DNA of 40,082 bases. It comes from an uncultured Desulfobacula sp. (lineage in GTDB: Bacteria; Desulfobacterota; Desulfobacteria; Desulfobacterales; Desulfobacteraceae). Shown here in pieces: positions 18,731 to 26,872 of the stretch (its first letter is position 1; the number at the start of each line of letters is the position of its first letter). The notes beneath the pieces are model-generated. The model did no database searches. It was not told where the DNA came from and was given only the letters and a program-made list of their open reading frames with translations. The DNA lies in assembly GCA_964646305.1 (NCBI GenBank), contig CAZYDL010000001.1, forward strand, positions 1 through 40,082, written 5' to 3'. A program made the position numbers and the translations under genes.

Positions 18731-18875
18731 TCTTCTTTTCCTAATTATTGTGTGTGTTTCACCTGAAAGCTATTCACAACGCCCGGTCTTATTGGGATGG
18801 CGCTCATAACTTTAATGTTTGTTTGTCGTTGTTTCGGGTATCGTTTGTGAGTCATTATGGTCCAATTGTGAGCGT

Positions 18876-19286
18876 TTATCTGTTCCAAATAAATAACCCC
18901 TCACCCTCACGTATCAATATTCCGGCATCTCTGAGACGGCTAACCGTCAGAATAGGATGCGGAAAATTGTTTTGCTCAGCAACCTGGTAAAGATCGCTCA
19001 ACTCAAAAGGTTGTTCAAGCTTGTCAATAAGCATCTGATAGATTTTGGCTGTTTCCAAAATGTCGTTTGGTAATATCTTGGGAACAGATATCTCATCCTT
19101 GCTCTTGACCTTGCTCTTGATTGGGGGTTCTGTGGTCTGTTTAGCTTTTTTGTCAAAGATGGTGACCAGCTTATGCAGTTGAGAGATGATAATGGACAGG
19201 ATGATTAATCCCGACATTACTATCATCGGTCCGATAATGGCCATTGCCCAGCCATTATTAGCACTTATGGCTTCTAATCCGTACAA
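18876..19286 (-). CDS. OadG (gamma/delta subunit)-family membrane protein with a C-terminal extension
   Basis: Single N-terminal TM helix (GPMIVMSGLIILSIII), Pro/Lys linker, directly upstream of oadB; AGGAGG RBS with TTG. Confidence 0.7.
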   Translation of the reverse strand: MYGLEAISANNGWAMAIIGPMIVMSGLIILSIIISQLHKLVTIFDKKAKQTTEPPIKSKVKSKDEISVPKILPNDILETAKIYQMLIDKLEQPFELSDLYQVAEQNNFPHPILTVSRLRDAGILIREGEGLFIWNR

Positions 19287-19306
19287 AATTGATCCTCCTG
19301 TCTCAT

Positions 19307-19732
19307 TTATTGTGATCCTGCGGCTATAGTTCGCCGTTCTGAAGCGATTTGATCAATTTTTTTCATTATTTTTTCGCCTAGGGCATTGTCTCCCTGGATC
19401 AGTTCAAAAAAATCCCTGCTCGATATTTCCAACACCTCTCCGTCTTTTTTGGCTGTAACGGTTCCTATATAGTGGAATGGATGGACAACTGTAGACCAGC
19501 CCATAACCTCACCTATTTGCTCTAAAATATTCGAACGACCTCCTTCGAAATCGACCTCATAAGTTCCGGAGAGGATAATGAAGAAAGTGAGCGCCGGAGT
19601 ACCTTGTTCAATTATAACCTCGCCGGGCTCGACAGTTCTGGATTTAAGCGCTGCTGCAAACGATTCCAACTCATTCTGCTTAAAATCTACAAAAAAATCG
19701 AGGGGTTTGAGAATATGGGCATCAATACTCAT
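19307..19732 (-). CDS. Stand-alone cyclic nucleotide-binding-fold protein
   Basis: GEVIIEQGTPA..FFIILSG and GEVMG pattern; no HTH domain. Confidence 0.8.
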   Translation of the reverse strand: MSIDAHILKPLDFFVDFKQNELESFAAALKSRTVEPGEVIIEQGTPALTFFIILSGTYEVDFEGGRSNILEQIGEVMGWSTVVHPFHYIGTVTAKKDGEVLEISSRDFFELIQGDNALGEKIMKKIDQIASERRTIAAGSQ

Positions 19733-19918
19733 AACTGGCTCCTAATGCTTGTAAAAATTCGAATTTTAGCTAAACATTTTTCATATGTCAAGTTGAAAAA
19801 ACCTGAAAATGAATCTTAGCTTGAACCTACACTTAAATTCGATTAAAATTCGGAGAATAGCGGGAGCAGTTTTATGCGGCATGTGCAGATAGAAGGCCAT
19901 CGCCCTGCACAGAGATTT

Positions 19919-19964
19919 AAAAACAAATGGGGGGCAGATTTAAAATCTGCCCCCCATCTTTTTT
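19919..19964. terminator. Near-perfect palindrome, probable bidirectional terminator or REP-like element
   Basis: ATGGGGGGCAGATTT-A-AAATCTGCCCCCCAT (19927-19957), A-rich on the left and T-rich on the right, ~50 nt downstream of the octaheme gene. Confidence 0.65.
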
Positions 19965-20006
19965 ACCTGGACACAAATTTAAATCTGCATCCACAAACAA
20001 AAGTCT

Positions 20007-21398
20007 CTATAGTGGAGCAGAACTCATCACAGTACTAAGCTCTTCAATTTTATTATTTTTAATTCGCCATGCATAAATATCTTCCATATCCTTTACAACC
20101 TGGAACATCTGGAAGGTACCATGCCAGTGAGCATAATCAGGAGCATTCATGGCAGCACCCTGGCGGGCACGTCTTCCTGTATGATGCCACAGATAGTACA
20201 TAAGTTCCTGGAATCCGTCTTTCCATGGATCTTTTTTCAGCAGCTTTTTCTCTGCAAGATCTTTTTTCATCTTAACTGCATAAGCCCATTGTTTGTTGTA
20301 TAGTTCATTCATGTTGTCAAGGCTTACTCTCTGCACGTCTGTATGTGTTTTGCCATGACAGTTGGCACAAACTTTACGCATGAGTTTTTCACCTTTTTCA
20401 CCATCACCTCGATTACCGCTTCTGACAACACTTTTCTTATGCATCAAGTCCCATTTAAGGCGTTCCTGGACATTATGGGTTACGGCAAGATCTCCAATGC
20501 CGCTAATATGACATGTGGCACAGGTAGGACCAGTATAATCACCTGGTTCCCAGGCTCCTGGGGCACTGTCGTATCTCCACTCTTCTCCACGGGAGAGATA
20601 TTTCTGGCCATGTTTACTTTCAAAAAAGATTTCAATATCTGGATGGTCAGGTCCAAGATGGCATGCGCCGCATGCTTCTGGTTTTCTGGCATCGGCAATG
20701 GAAAATTCGTGTCTTGTATGGCATACAGTACATGTTCCTATGGATCCGTCAGGATATTTTGTTCCAACACCACCTGGCCAGGTTTCATTGATAGGCCTGT
20801 TATCGGGTCCAAGTTCCACTACAGTACCATGGCACATCTGGCAGCCCGAAGCTCTTGGTGCTCTTACATAGGCAGGTTGTCCTTTGGGAGTTAAACCAGT
20901 GGAAAGATCAAGTTGACTGGGGTCATCCATAAAAGCGCTGCCTTCATTGAGATACATCAATTTCTGCAAAGCACCTCTTTTGGGATCTGCAACTGCGCCC
21001 AGAGAGAGCTGACCATGCCCGCTTTTTAAAAATTGTTCAACTTCCTGGGGATGGCACCGTGAACAGGTTTTTGATGATACCATGGGAGAGATATAAATAT
21101 CAGTCCCCTTAAGGCCCTGACATTGACCTGCCATTGGTGAACTTTTCTCAACTGCATGGCAGTCGTAACATGAAATCCCGGCATGGCTCATGCTGCTTAT
21201 TTTCCACGCCTCAACAGTCCCCGGCATCTCTTTGGCATGACATTCAATACATCTTGCTGCCTCTGGAGTTAGACCAACCTTTATAACAAGTTTTCTCTCA
21301 AGAGTGGGAGATTCATTGCCTGCATAAGCAACAGCAACAACTCCAACAAGGAAAAGCAGGAAACATGTTAAAAGGATTTTTACAGCTGAATACTTCAT
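20007..21398 (-). CDS. Periplasmic octaheme cytochrome c, epsilon-Hao-type (probable nitrite/hydroxylamine reductase)
   Basis: Signal peptide; 8 CxxCH (CIECH, CYDCH, CSRCH, CQMCH, CTVCH, CGACH, CATCH, CANCH); [30 protein letters not shown]. Confidence 0.85.
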   Translation of the reverse strand: MKYSAVKILLTCFLLFLVGVVAVAYAGNESPTLERKLVIKVGLTPEAARCIECHAKEMPGTVEAWKISSMSHAGISCYDCHAVEKSSPMAGQCQGLKGTDIYISPMVSSKTCSRCHPQEVEQFLKSGHGQLSLGAVADPKRGALQKLMYLNEGSAFMDDPSQLDLSTGLTPKGQPAYVRAPRASGCQMCHGTVVELGPDNRPINETWPGGVGTKYPDGSIGTCTVCHTRHEFSIADARKPEACGACHLGPDHPDIEIFFESKHGQKYLSRGEEWRYDSAPGAWEPGDYTGPTCATCHISGIGDLAVTHNVQERLKWDLMHKKSVVRSGNRGDGEKGEKLMRKVCANCHGKTHTDVQRVSLDNMNELYNKQWAYAVKMKKDLAEKKLLKKDPWKDGFQELMYYLWHHTGRRARQGAAMNAPDYAHWHGTFQMFQVVKDMEDIYAWRIKNNKIEELSTVMSSAPL

Positions 21399-21441
21399 TT
21401 TACCCCCTTACAATTTTAAGTTAATTATTTTACAACACTTA

Positions 21442-21984
21442 TTATTTTTTAAAAAAATTATCTGCGGTTTGAATCATATCCTTATGTCCCACATGCGGGT
21501 GGCATTCAGCACATTTCTTTTTGGTTTCTCCAAGAAGATATTTGCGATGGGCTATAAAACCACCCCGCTCCATTCCCGGTGGAGTTAAAACATGGTGACA
21601 TCTGCGGCATGCATTATCAAAGGTGAATTTCAGACGATTCTTGTCGGCAGCCGCTGCCCAGTCATAGGTTTTGCCATCAATGGTAAAATTATGGATAATA
21701 TCACTGATACCGGTTTTTGCCTTAACTGTGAAATACTCGATAAAACTTCCATGGGGCAAATGACAATCAACACACTGGGCAGTGAACCCTTGTGGATTTT
21801 GACCACCGTGAACTGAATCTTGCCAGGAAGTTCTAAAGGGAGTCATAACATGACAGGAGACACAAAATTCATCGGTATTGGTAGTTTCAATCATAAAACC
21901 AGATGCCAGTACAATCACTGCCATTAAAACAATACCAATAACGATTCCAAACAACCAGCCTGCTTTATTTGACGTTGAAGCCAT
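21442..21984 (-). CDS. NapC/NirT/NrfH-family tetraheme quinol dehydrogenase
   Basis: N-terminal TM helix; TNTDEFCVSCHVM, CVDCHLPH, CRRCH, CAECHPHVGH. Confidence 0.9.
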   Translation of the reverse strand: MASTSNKAGWLFGIVIGIVLMAVIVLASGFMIETTNTDEFCVSCHVMTPFRTSWQDSVHGGQNPQGFTAQCVDCHLPHGSFIEYFTVKAKTGISDIIHNFTIDGKTYDWAAAADKNRLKFTFDNACRRCHHVLTPPGMERGGFIAHRKYLLGETKKKCAECHPHVGHKDMIQTADNFFKK

Positions 21985-22038
21985 TGAAAAGTTTCCTTTC
22001 AAGATTGTATGATTTAGAATATCTCTTTTTGTATAATC

Positions 22039-22096
22039 ATTCTATATCAGGAAATTATGTAACTATGGTGTTAAAGATGTAACAATTATGTTACAT
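22039..22096 (-). promoter_or_regulatory. Candidate promoter and OmpR-family operator for the napC-like/octaheme genes
   Basis: Minus strand GTAACAT-N4-GTTACAT-N2-TTAACAC-N4-GTTACAT (22057-22094) overlaps the -35 position of a TAGAAT -10 box (22039-22044). Confidence 0.55.
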
Positions 22097-22134
22097 GGCC
22101 GGATATCTTTGTACTGAGCTATTATTAAGTTCTT

Positions 22135-22830
22135 TTAACCATTGAATTTATATCCAATTCCTGGAATGGTTATAATATATTTAGGATTATCTGATTTTTG
22201 CTCAATCTTTTTTCTCAACCGCTGGATATGGACATCAAGAGCCCTGGAATTTGAATAAAGCTGAGAATCCTGCCATATTGTTTTTTCAATAAACCCCCGG
22301 GAGAGTGCTTTGCCGGAATAAGCGGCAAAGAGTTCCAATAAGCCAAATTCTGTTTTGGTTAATTTAATATCATTATTTTTTATGGAAACCTGTCTGGTTC
22401 GAAAATTAATTTCAAGATCCCCAAACTGCTGCTTATTGTGGACAACAGTCCTCTCTATCCTGTTAAAGATTGCCACAATTCTGGCAGAGAGTTCCAGAAA
22501 ATCAAATGGTTTTACAATGTAATCATCGGCACCGCTTTTAAGACCCAGTACCTTATCTGACAAAGCATCCCTAGCGGTGAGCATAATGATTGGAAAATTA
22601 AATTTTTTGCGCAGAATTTCACAAACAGCAACACCATCCAGGTCAGGAAGATTCAAATCAAGCAAAACAAGGTCAGGGTTTGTATTTTCAGCCATATAAA
22701 TACCGTCCTGACCTGTAAAGGCAGATATAACATTATAACCGTCTATCACAAGATTGCCCTGTATGGTTTGAACAATATCTTTATCATCATCAATGAGTAA
22801 AATAGTTTTTTGGGTAGATTTATCTCTCAT
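22135..22830 (-). CDS. OmpR/PhoB-family response regulator
   Basis: IDDD, LDLNLP, GADDYIVKPF receiver; DVHIQRLRKKIE...GIGYKF winged helix; ATG 22830 overlaps the kinase stop. Confidence 0.93.
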   Translation of the reverse strand: MRDKSTQKTILLIDDDKDIVQTIQGNLVIDGYNVISAFTGQDGIYMAENTNPDLVLLDLNLPDLDGVAVCEILRKKFNFPIIMLTARDALSDKVLGLKSGADDYIVKPFDFLELSARIVAIFNRIERTVVHNKQQFGDLEINFRTRQVSIKNNDIKLTKTEFGLLELFAAYSGKALSRGFIEKTIWQDSQLYSNSRALDVHIQRLRKKIEQKSDNPKYIITIPGIGYKFNG

Positions 22831-24439
22831 TATCTTCGTCCTGATTGGGTTGCAACGGCAGAATAATATAAAAACAAGCGCCTTGACCAAGCCTGCTTTC
22901 AATACTTATTTCACCTTCATGTGCATTAACTATAGCTTTTGAAATAGCAAGCCCCATGCCACTCCCTTTGTGCTGTTTATGATTCTCAACAGTATAAAAT
23001 TTTTCAAAAATATTCTCAAACAAATTTTTATCAATTCCGGGACCCTGATCTTTAATAAATATTTCAACCTTGTCATCTGTTTTTTCAAGACCAATGTTGA
23101 TTATACTGTTTTGTTCAGAAAATTTAATGGCATTGTCCAGAATATTAACAAGTACCTGTTCCATACGTTCAAGATCAATCAGGGCATAGATACTACCGGG
23201 ACTTACAAAATCAACATTAATATTTTTCCCCATTGCAATGGGGCTCATTATTTCAATAATTTCTTCAATTAAAACGGTAATATTTTCCCTGTTAAACTCC
23301 CACTCTATTTTTCCAGCTTCAAGTTTTGTAAAATCAAACAGATTATTAATAAGCCTTGTCAGGCGCGTCAGATTTTTTTCCATAATGGTCAGATATTGAA
23401 ATGCATCTGGATTTTTTATTGTTCTTGCAAGATAAGTTATGCTTCCTCTTGCTGCTGTCAGAGGAGAACGCAGTTCATGGGACATATTGGCAAGGAAATC
23501 AGATTTCAGTTTATCAAGTTTTAAAAGTTCATGATTGGCTTTTGCCAGATCTTTTGTTGCCATTGATACTTTTTTTTCAAGTTGTTCATTGTTCTTTGCC
23601 AGACCTGATGCCATCATGTTAAAATTATGCCCCAACAATTCAAGTTCATCATTTGTTTTAATGGAAACCCTTGCATCAGGGTTGCCGGAAAAAATCTGCC
23701 GGCCTTTATACTCCAGCTCTTTTAACGGATTTAAAACAACTGTTTTAATCATGAACATTAAAAATCCTATTATTAAAACAGTGATACATATGCCTCCAGC
23801 ACCAAACATAACAGCATTCTGCTTTAAGATTTTTCTTGTCTCCAGATAAGGCACAGTAACACGAAGGCCGCCTATGATACTTGACATGGTAATTTTTTCA
23901 GGGCCATAATTTTCACTGGTATGGCATTTAATGCATCCCTTTGTTCTATACAGGGGAACCATAAAATCACAGGACAAATCTGTAAATCTGTAAACCTCTG
24001 TGATCTTTTCATGTTTAAAACGAGTCAAAGCCTGTTTTTCAAAGTCATCAGCCATATTGTCACTACTGATGGGATAAAGGCTTGAAAGTTTGATGCTATA
24101 TGATTTTTTTTCCATTGAATACTGGGAAAGTTTCTTTGTTACCATGGCAGGTGTAAACATCTGTATTTCACCCATTGGTGTATTAAGCCGGCATTGTATT
24201 TTATCTTTGATATTACTTGCACCCAAGCTTTGAACAGGAACAAAAATTCCTCCGTCACAATCAGTGACCCACTGCCTTGTTAAAATAATAGTATCTGCGA
24301 CAACTCTTGCTTTTTCAAGAGTCTGGGCCTTGGCCTGTTTTATAAGATTTGCCGCAATCCAGGTAAAGATCAACCCAAGAATCGGTACTATTATTACAAT
24401 AACTCCAATTATAAATTTTTTATTTAAAGAGTGCTTCAT
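22820..24439 (-). CDS. Sensor histidine kinase with a periplasmic c-type heme (Tll0287/DUF3365-like) domain and HAMP
   Basis: Two TM helices around a domain with TPAMVT and CIKCH; HAMP (DELELL...FN.M); SHELRSPL H-box; N/G1/F/G2 boxes. Confidence 0.9.
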   Translation of the reverse strand: MKHSLNKKFIIGVIVIIVPILGLIFTWIAANLIKQAKAQTLEKARVVADTIILTRQWVTDCDGGIFVPVQSLGASNIKDKIQCRLNTPMGEIQMFTPAMVTKKLSQYSMEKKSYSIKLSSLYPISSDNMADDFEKQALTRFKHEKITEVYRFTDLSCDFMVPLYRTKGCIKCHTSENYGPEKITMSSIIGGLRVTVPYLETRKILKQNAVMFGAGGICITVLIIGFLMFMIKTVVLNPLKELEYKGRQIFSGNPDARVSIKTNDELELLGHNFNMMASGLAKNNEQLEKKVSMATKDLAKANHELLKLDKLKSDFLANMSHELRSPLTAARGSITYLARTIKNPDAFQYLTIMEKNLTRLTRLINNLFDFTKLEAGKIEWEFNRENITVLIEEIIEIMSPIAMGKNINVDFVSPGSIYALIDLERMEQVLVNILDNAIKFSEQNSIINIGLEKTDDKVEIFIKDQGPGIDKNLFENIFEKFYTVENHKQHKGSGMGLAISKAIVNAHEGEISIESRLGQGACFYIILPLQPNQDEDNER

Positions 24440-24469
24440 TGTATTTCTTGAAATAGCCTTAAAAGGTTT

Positions 24470-24979
24470 TTACGTCAAGTCAAGAATAAAATCTGTCAAT
24501 AAGGAGCAATCACATCGTTTAAAACCATTGAGATGTTTTGCCTTTGCAACTGCCATGGATTCCGGATCAAGATCATCATCTGAAACAAAAGCCTTTACAT
24601 GTTCAACAGAAGAAAAAAGCGGTTTTCTTTTAACATGATCCTGCCATATTTCAATTTTCTCATAGGGGCCGCTGATCCATCCTTCAATGAGCACGATATC
24701 AACATTTAAATAGTATTTTTCAAGAAGTTTTTCAGGTGTTAATCTGTCCGAGGCAGGCAGATATATGGCTGACATGCTCTGGGTCATCATGGACGCCGGC
24801 ACAGCACCGGCTTTTCTATGCAGAAAAGAATCTTTTCCAGGTTTATCAAGTTCATGGGCATGGGCACTGTGTTTCAAGGAACCGACTTTAATTCCTCTTT
24901 TGACCATCTCTTTAATTAAATCAACAATCAGTGTGGTTTTGCCGCATCCTGCATGACCTATAATATGTACAGGTGTCAT
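24470..24979 (-). CDS. mobB: Molybdopterin-guanine dinucleotide biosynthesis protein B
   Basis: GHAGCGKTT, LKHSAH..ELDKPGKDSF.H..AGA, DIVLIEG. Confidence 0.88.
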   Translation of the reverse strand: MTPVHIIGHAGCGKTTLIVDLIKEMVKRGIKVGSLKHSAHAHELDKPGKDSFLHRKAGAVPASMMTQSMSAIYLPASDRLTPEKLLEKYYLNVDIVLIEGWISGPYEKIEIWQDHVKRKPLFSSVEHVKAFVSDDDLDPESMAVAKAKHLNGFKRCDCSLLTDFILDLT

Positions 24980-25237
24980 AAAAAATCCTAAAATATTTCT
25001 TCATAAATAACAATAGATAATAAACTATACCATATTGGATGCATTTATATCATAGAAATAATTATAAAAAATGATTCCATTTTTGTAAGGTTTACTAAAT
25101 GGTATATTTCTTGACTGGTATATACCATCTTTGCCCACAAGTAAAAATACATACAAATTTTCTGCGTTGTGATTTCCTGAACAGCAAACTGATCCAAATT
25201 ATTTACCAGAGTTTGAGTAATATATTTAATCAACTCT

Positions 25238-25477
25238 TTAAGAAGCTGTTCCCCTTGCCACAGACAGAGCGTCTGTGAAGGTATCTCGTTGTCGTCTTGG
25301 TTTGACCCTGCGATTTTCAATATAAATTACAGGATTAATAGTTTTTTGCACCAGGCATTCTTGTACTTCCAAGAGTTGTGCCACAGTTATGTAGTGTTTT
25401 GCAGGATGGATAAATATTATGCCTGAGTTTCCCGGGTTAAAAAAGATTAAATCTTTATCGGGCAAGTAGCCTTCCAT
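25238..25477 (-). CDS. Small hypothetical protein
   Basis: Strong GGAGGTG RBS before ATG; ENRRVKPRR motif. Confidence 0.55.
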   Translation of the reverse strand: MEGYLPDKDLIFFNPGNSGIIFIHPAKHYITVAQLLEVQECLVQKTINPVIYIENRRVKPRRQRDTFTDALSVARGTAS

Positions 25478-25561
25478 ATCACACCTCCATAAATTATAAA
25501 AAAATATCGTTTTAGAACAATAGGTCGAATATCATACCTTACTAAGAGCTGAACTATTTTA

Positions 25562-25783
25562 TCATAGCGCTCTGTATGATTGAGAAATTTTAAAATGCAT
25601 GGGAAAGCTGGTGAACCGATCTATGGATTCCCATTCATATCTTTGTTCCCAGCCTTGCCTCCTGCCTTGTTTCATTCTCCGCTCTTTACCCTGATATTTA
25701 GGGTCAAAATTGAATATTCGCCTATCCAAAGGAGATCTTCGATCTATTACAGATCGTTTTATATACTCTTTTTTTGATACCAT
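25562..25783 (-). CDS. Small Arg-rich protein with repeated (D/E)RR motifs
   Basis: RSVIDRRSPLDRR...KERR....RR; AAGGA RBS; overlaps the upstream gene. Confidence 0.6.
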   Translation of the reverse strand: MVSKKEYIKRSVIDRRSPLDRRIFNFDPKYQGKERRMKQGRRQGWEQRYEWESIDRFTSFPMHFKISQSYRAL

Positions 25784-26013
25784 TTTTCCTTACTCTCTGG
25801 AATATTTGAGACAGAGCCCTTTATTTTTTTTAATTCCTTAAAGCAATAGCTGTACCATTGGCAGTCCAGACTATCGCAATCTATCGTGGTTCTGGCAAAA
25901 CAATCCGGATTCCCTTCAATTCGCTGAATACTCCGGACAAACTGTGTTAAATCAGGGTATCCAGTGATAATTTTTTTTTTATCCTCAACCATTTTTGTTT
26001 CCCAGATTGCCAT
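25759..26013 (-). CDS. Small Cys-rich protein similar to the C-terminal motif of short SAP-like proteins
   Basis: VRSIQRIEGNPDCF....C....C.W...C motif; the start may be 25992. Confidence 0.65.
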   Translation of the reverse strand: MAIWETKMVEDKKKIITGYPDLTQFVRSIQRIEGNPDCFARTTIDCDSLDCQWYSYCFKELKKIKGSVSNIPESKEKWYQKKSI

Positions 26014-26114
26014 TGGCTCAATTAAACAAACAACAGATATTCTTTTACAATGCTTAAAGTATTAATAATGGACTTGATTTTTATTGTAAATAGGTGAAAG
26101 GGCTTATTTTTATC

Positions 26115-26168
26115 AGGAAAATTTCCTTACCGGGAGAATCTCCCAAAGATGACATGGGGGTATTTCCC
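26115..26168. promoter_or_regulatory. Three 13-bp pseudo-palindromes, candidate transcription-factor sites
   Basis: AGGAAA-A-TTTCCT (26115), GGGAGA-A-TCTCCC (26132), GGGGGT-A-TTTCCC (26156). Confidence 0.5.
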
Positions 26169-26192
26169 AGAAGCTTAATGGCTGAAGTTTTA

Positions 26193-26870
26193 TCATTCTT
26201 TCCAGAGATCCAGATCAATGAGGCCTATCTTTGCAGCGTAGCGAGCCAGATCAATGACACCACTTACACCAAGCTTACGCATTATTTTAGAACGGTGGTT
26301 CTCAATAGTTTTTGGGCTGATAAAAAGTTTATCTGCAATTTTCTGGGATGACATTCCACTGGCCACCAGGACCATGACCTCTTGTTCCCTGGGAGTTAAA
26401 GTATCATAGCCTTTAATAATGCCAACAGTGTTCTTATCAGGCAATTGAGCCAGTTTTTTTACCACCTGATGGGATACTGAAGTGTCCATAAAATAATCAC
26501 CCTTTAAGGTATGCTCAATTCCATTGATCAGCATATCTGCGGCAGATTCTTTGGTAAGATAGCCGCTGGCTCCGGCCTGAAACGCTTTTACGATATAGTC
26601 TACTTTGGAATGCATACTCAACACCAGGATTGGTATATCCGAAGAATATTTTTTCATATCCCGGATAAGGTCAAAACCACTTATATCTGGAAGGGAAATA
26701 TCCACTACAGCAAGGTCAGGTTTCAGTTTTTTAGCTAATTTGAGCCCCTGATTTGCATTTTCTGCTTCACCAATTACCTCATATCTGCTGTCACCCTGAA
26801 TTATGGTTTTAATGCCTTCCCTGAAAAGAGGATGATCATCAATGATTAAAATACGCTTTTTTTTCTTCAT
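26193..26870 (-). CDS. NarL/FixJ (LuxR-HTH) response regulator
   Basis: IDDHPLFREG receiver; LTPREQEV...IADKLFISPKTIENHR. Confidence 0.93.
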   Translation of the reverse strand: MKKKKRILIIDDHPLFREGIKTIIQGDSRYEVIGEAENANQGLKLAKKLKPDLAVVDISLPDISGFDLIRDMKKYSSDIPILVLSMHSKVDYIVKAFQAGASGYLTKESAADMLINGIEHTLKGDYFMDTSVSHQVVKKLAQLPDKNTVGIIKGYDTLTPREQEVMVLVASGMSSQKIADKLFISPKTIENHRSKIMRKLGVSGVIDLARYAAKIGLIDLDLWKE

Positions 26871-26872
26871 TG

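Noticed and set aside
20007-21398. Oxidative HAO indicating ammonia oxidation or anammox
   Set aside because: Trp appears to occupy the cross-link Tyr position; no amo, cyc or hzs genes; the context is reductive
25045-25320. 91-aa minus-strand ORF upstream of mobB
   Set aside because: TTG start inside another ORF, no RBS or motif, AT-rich; probably non-coding
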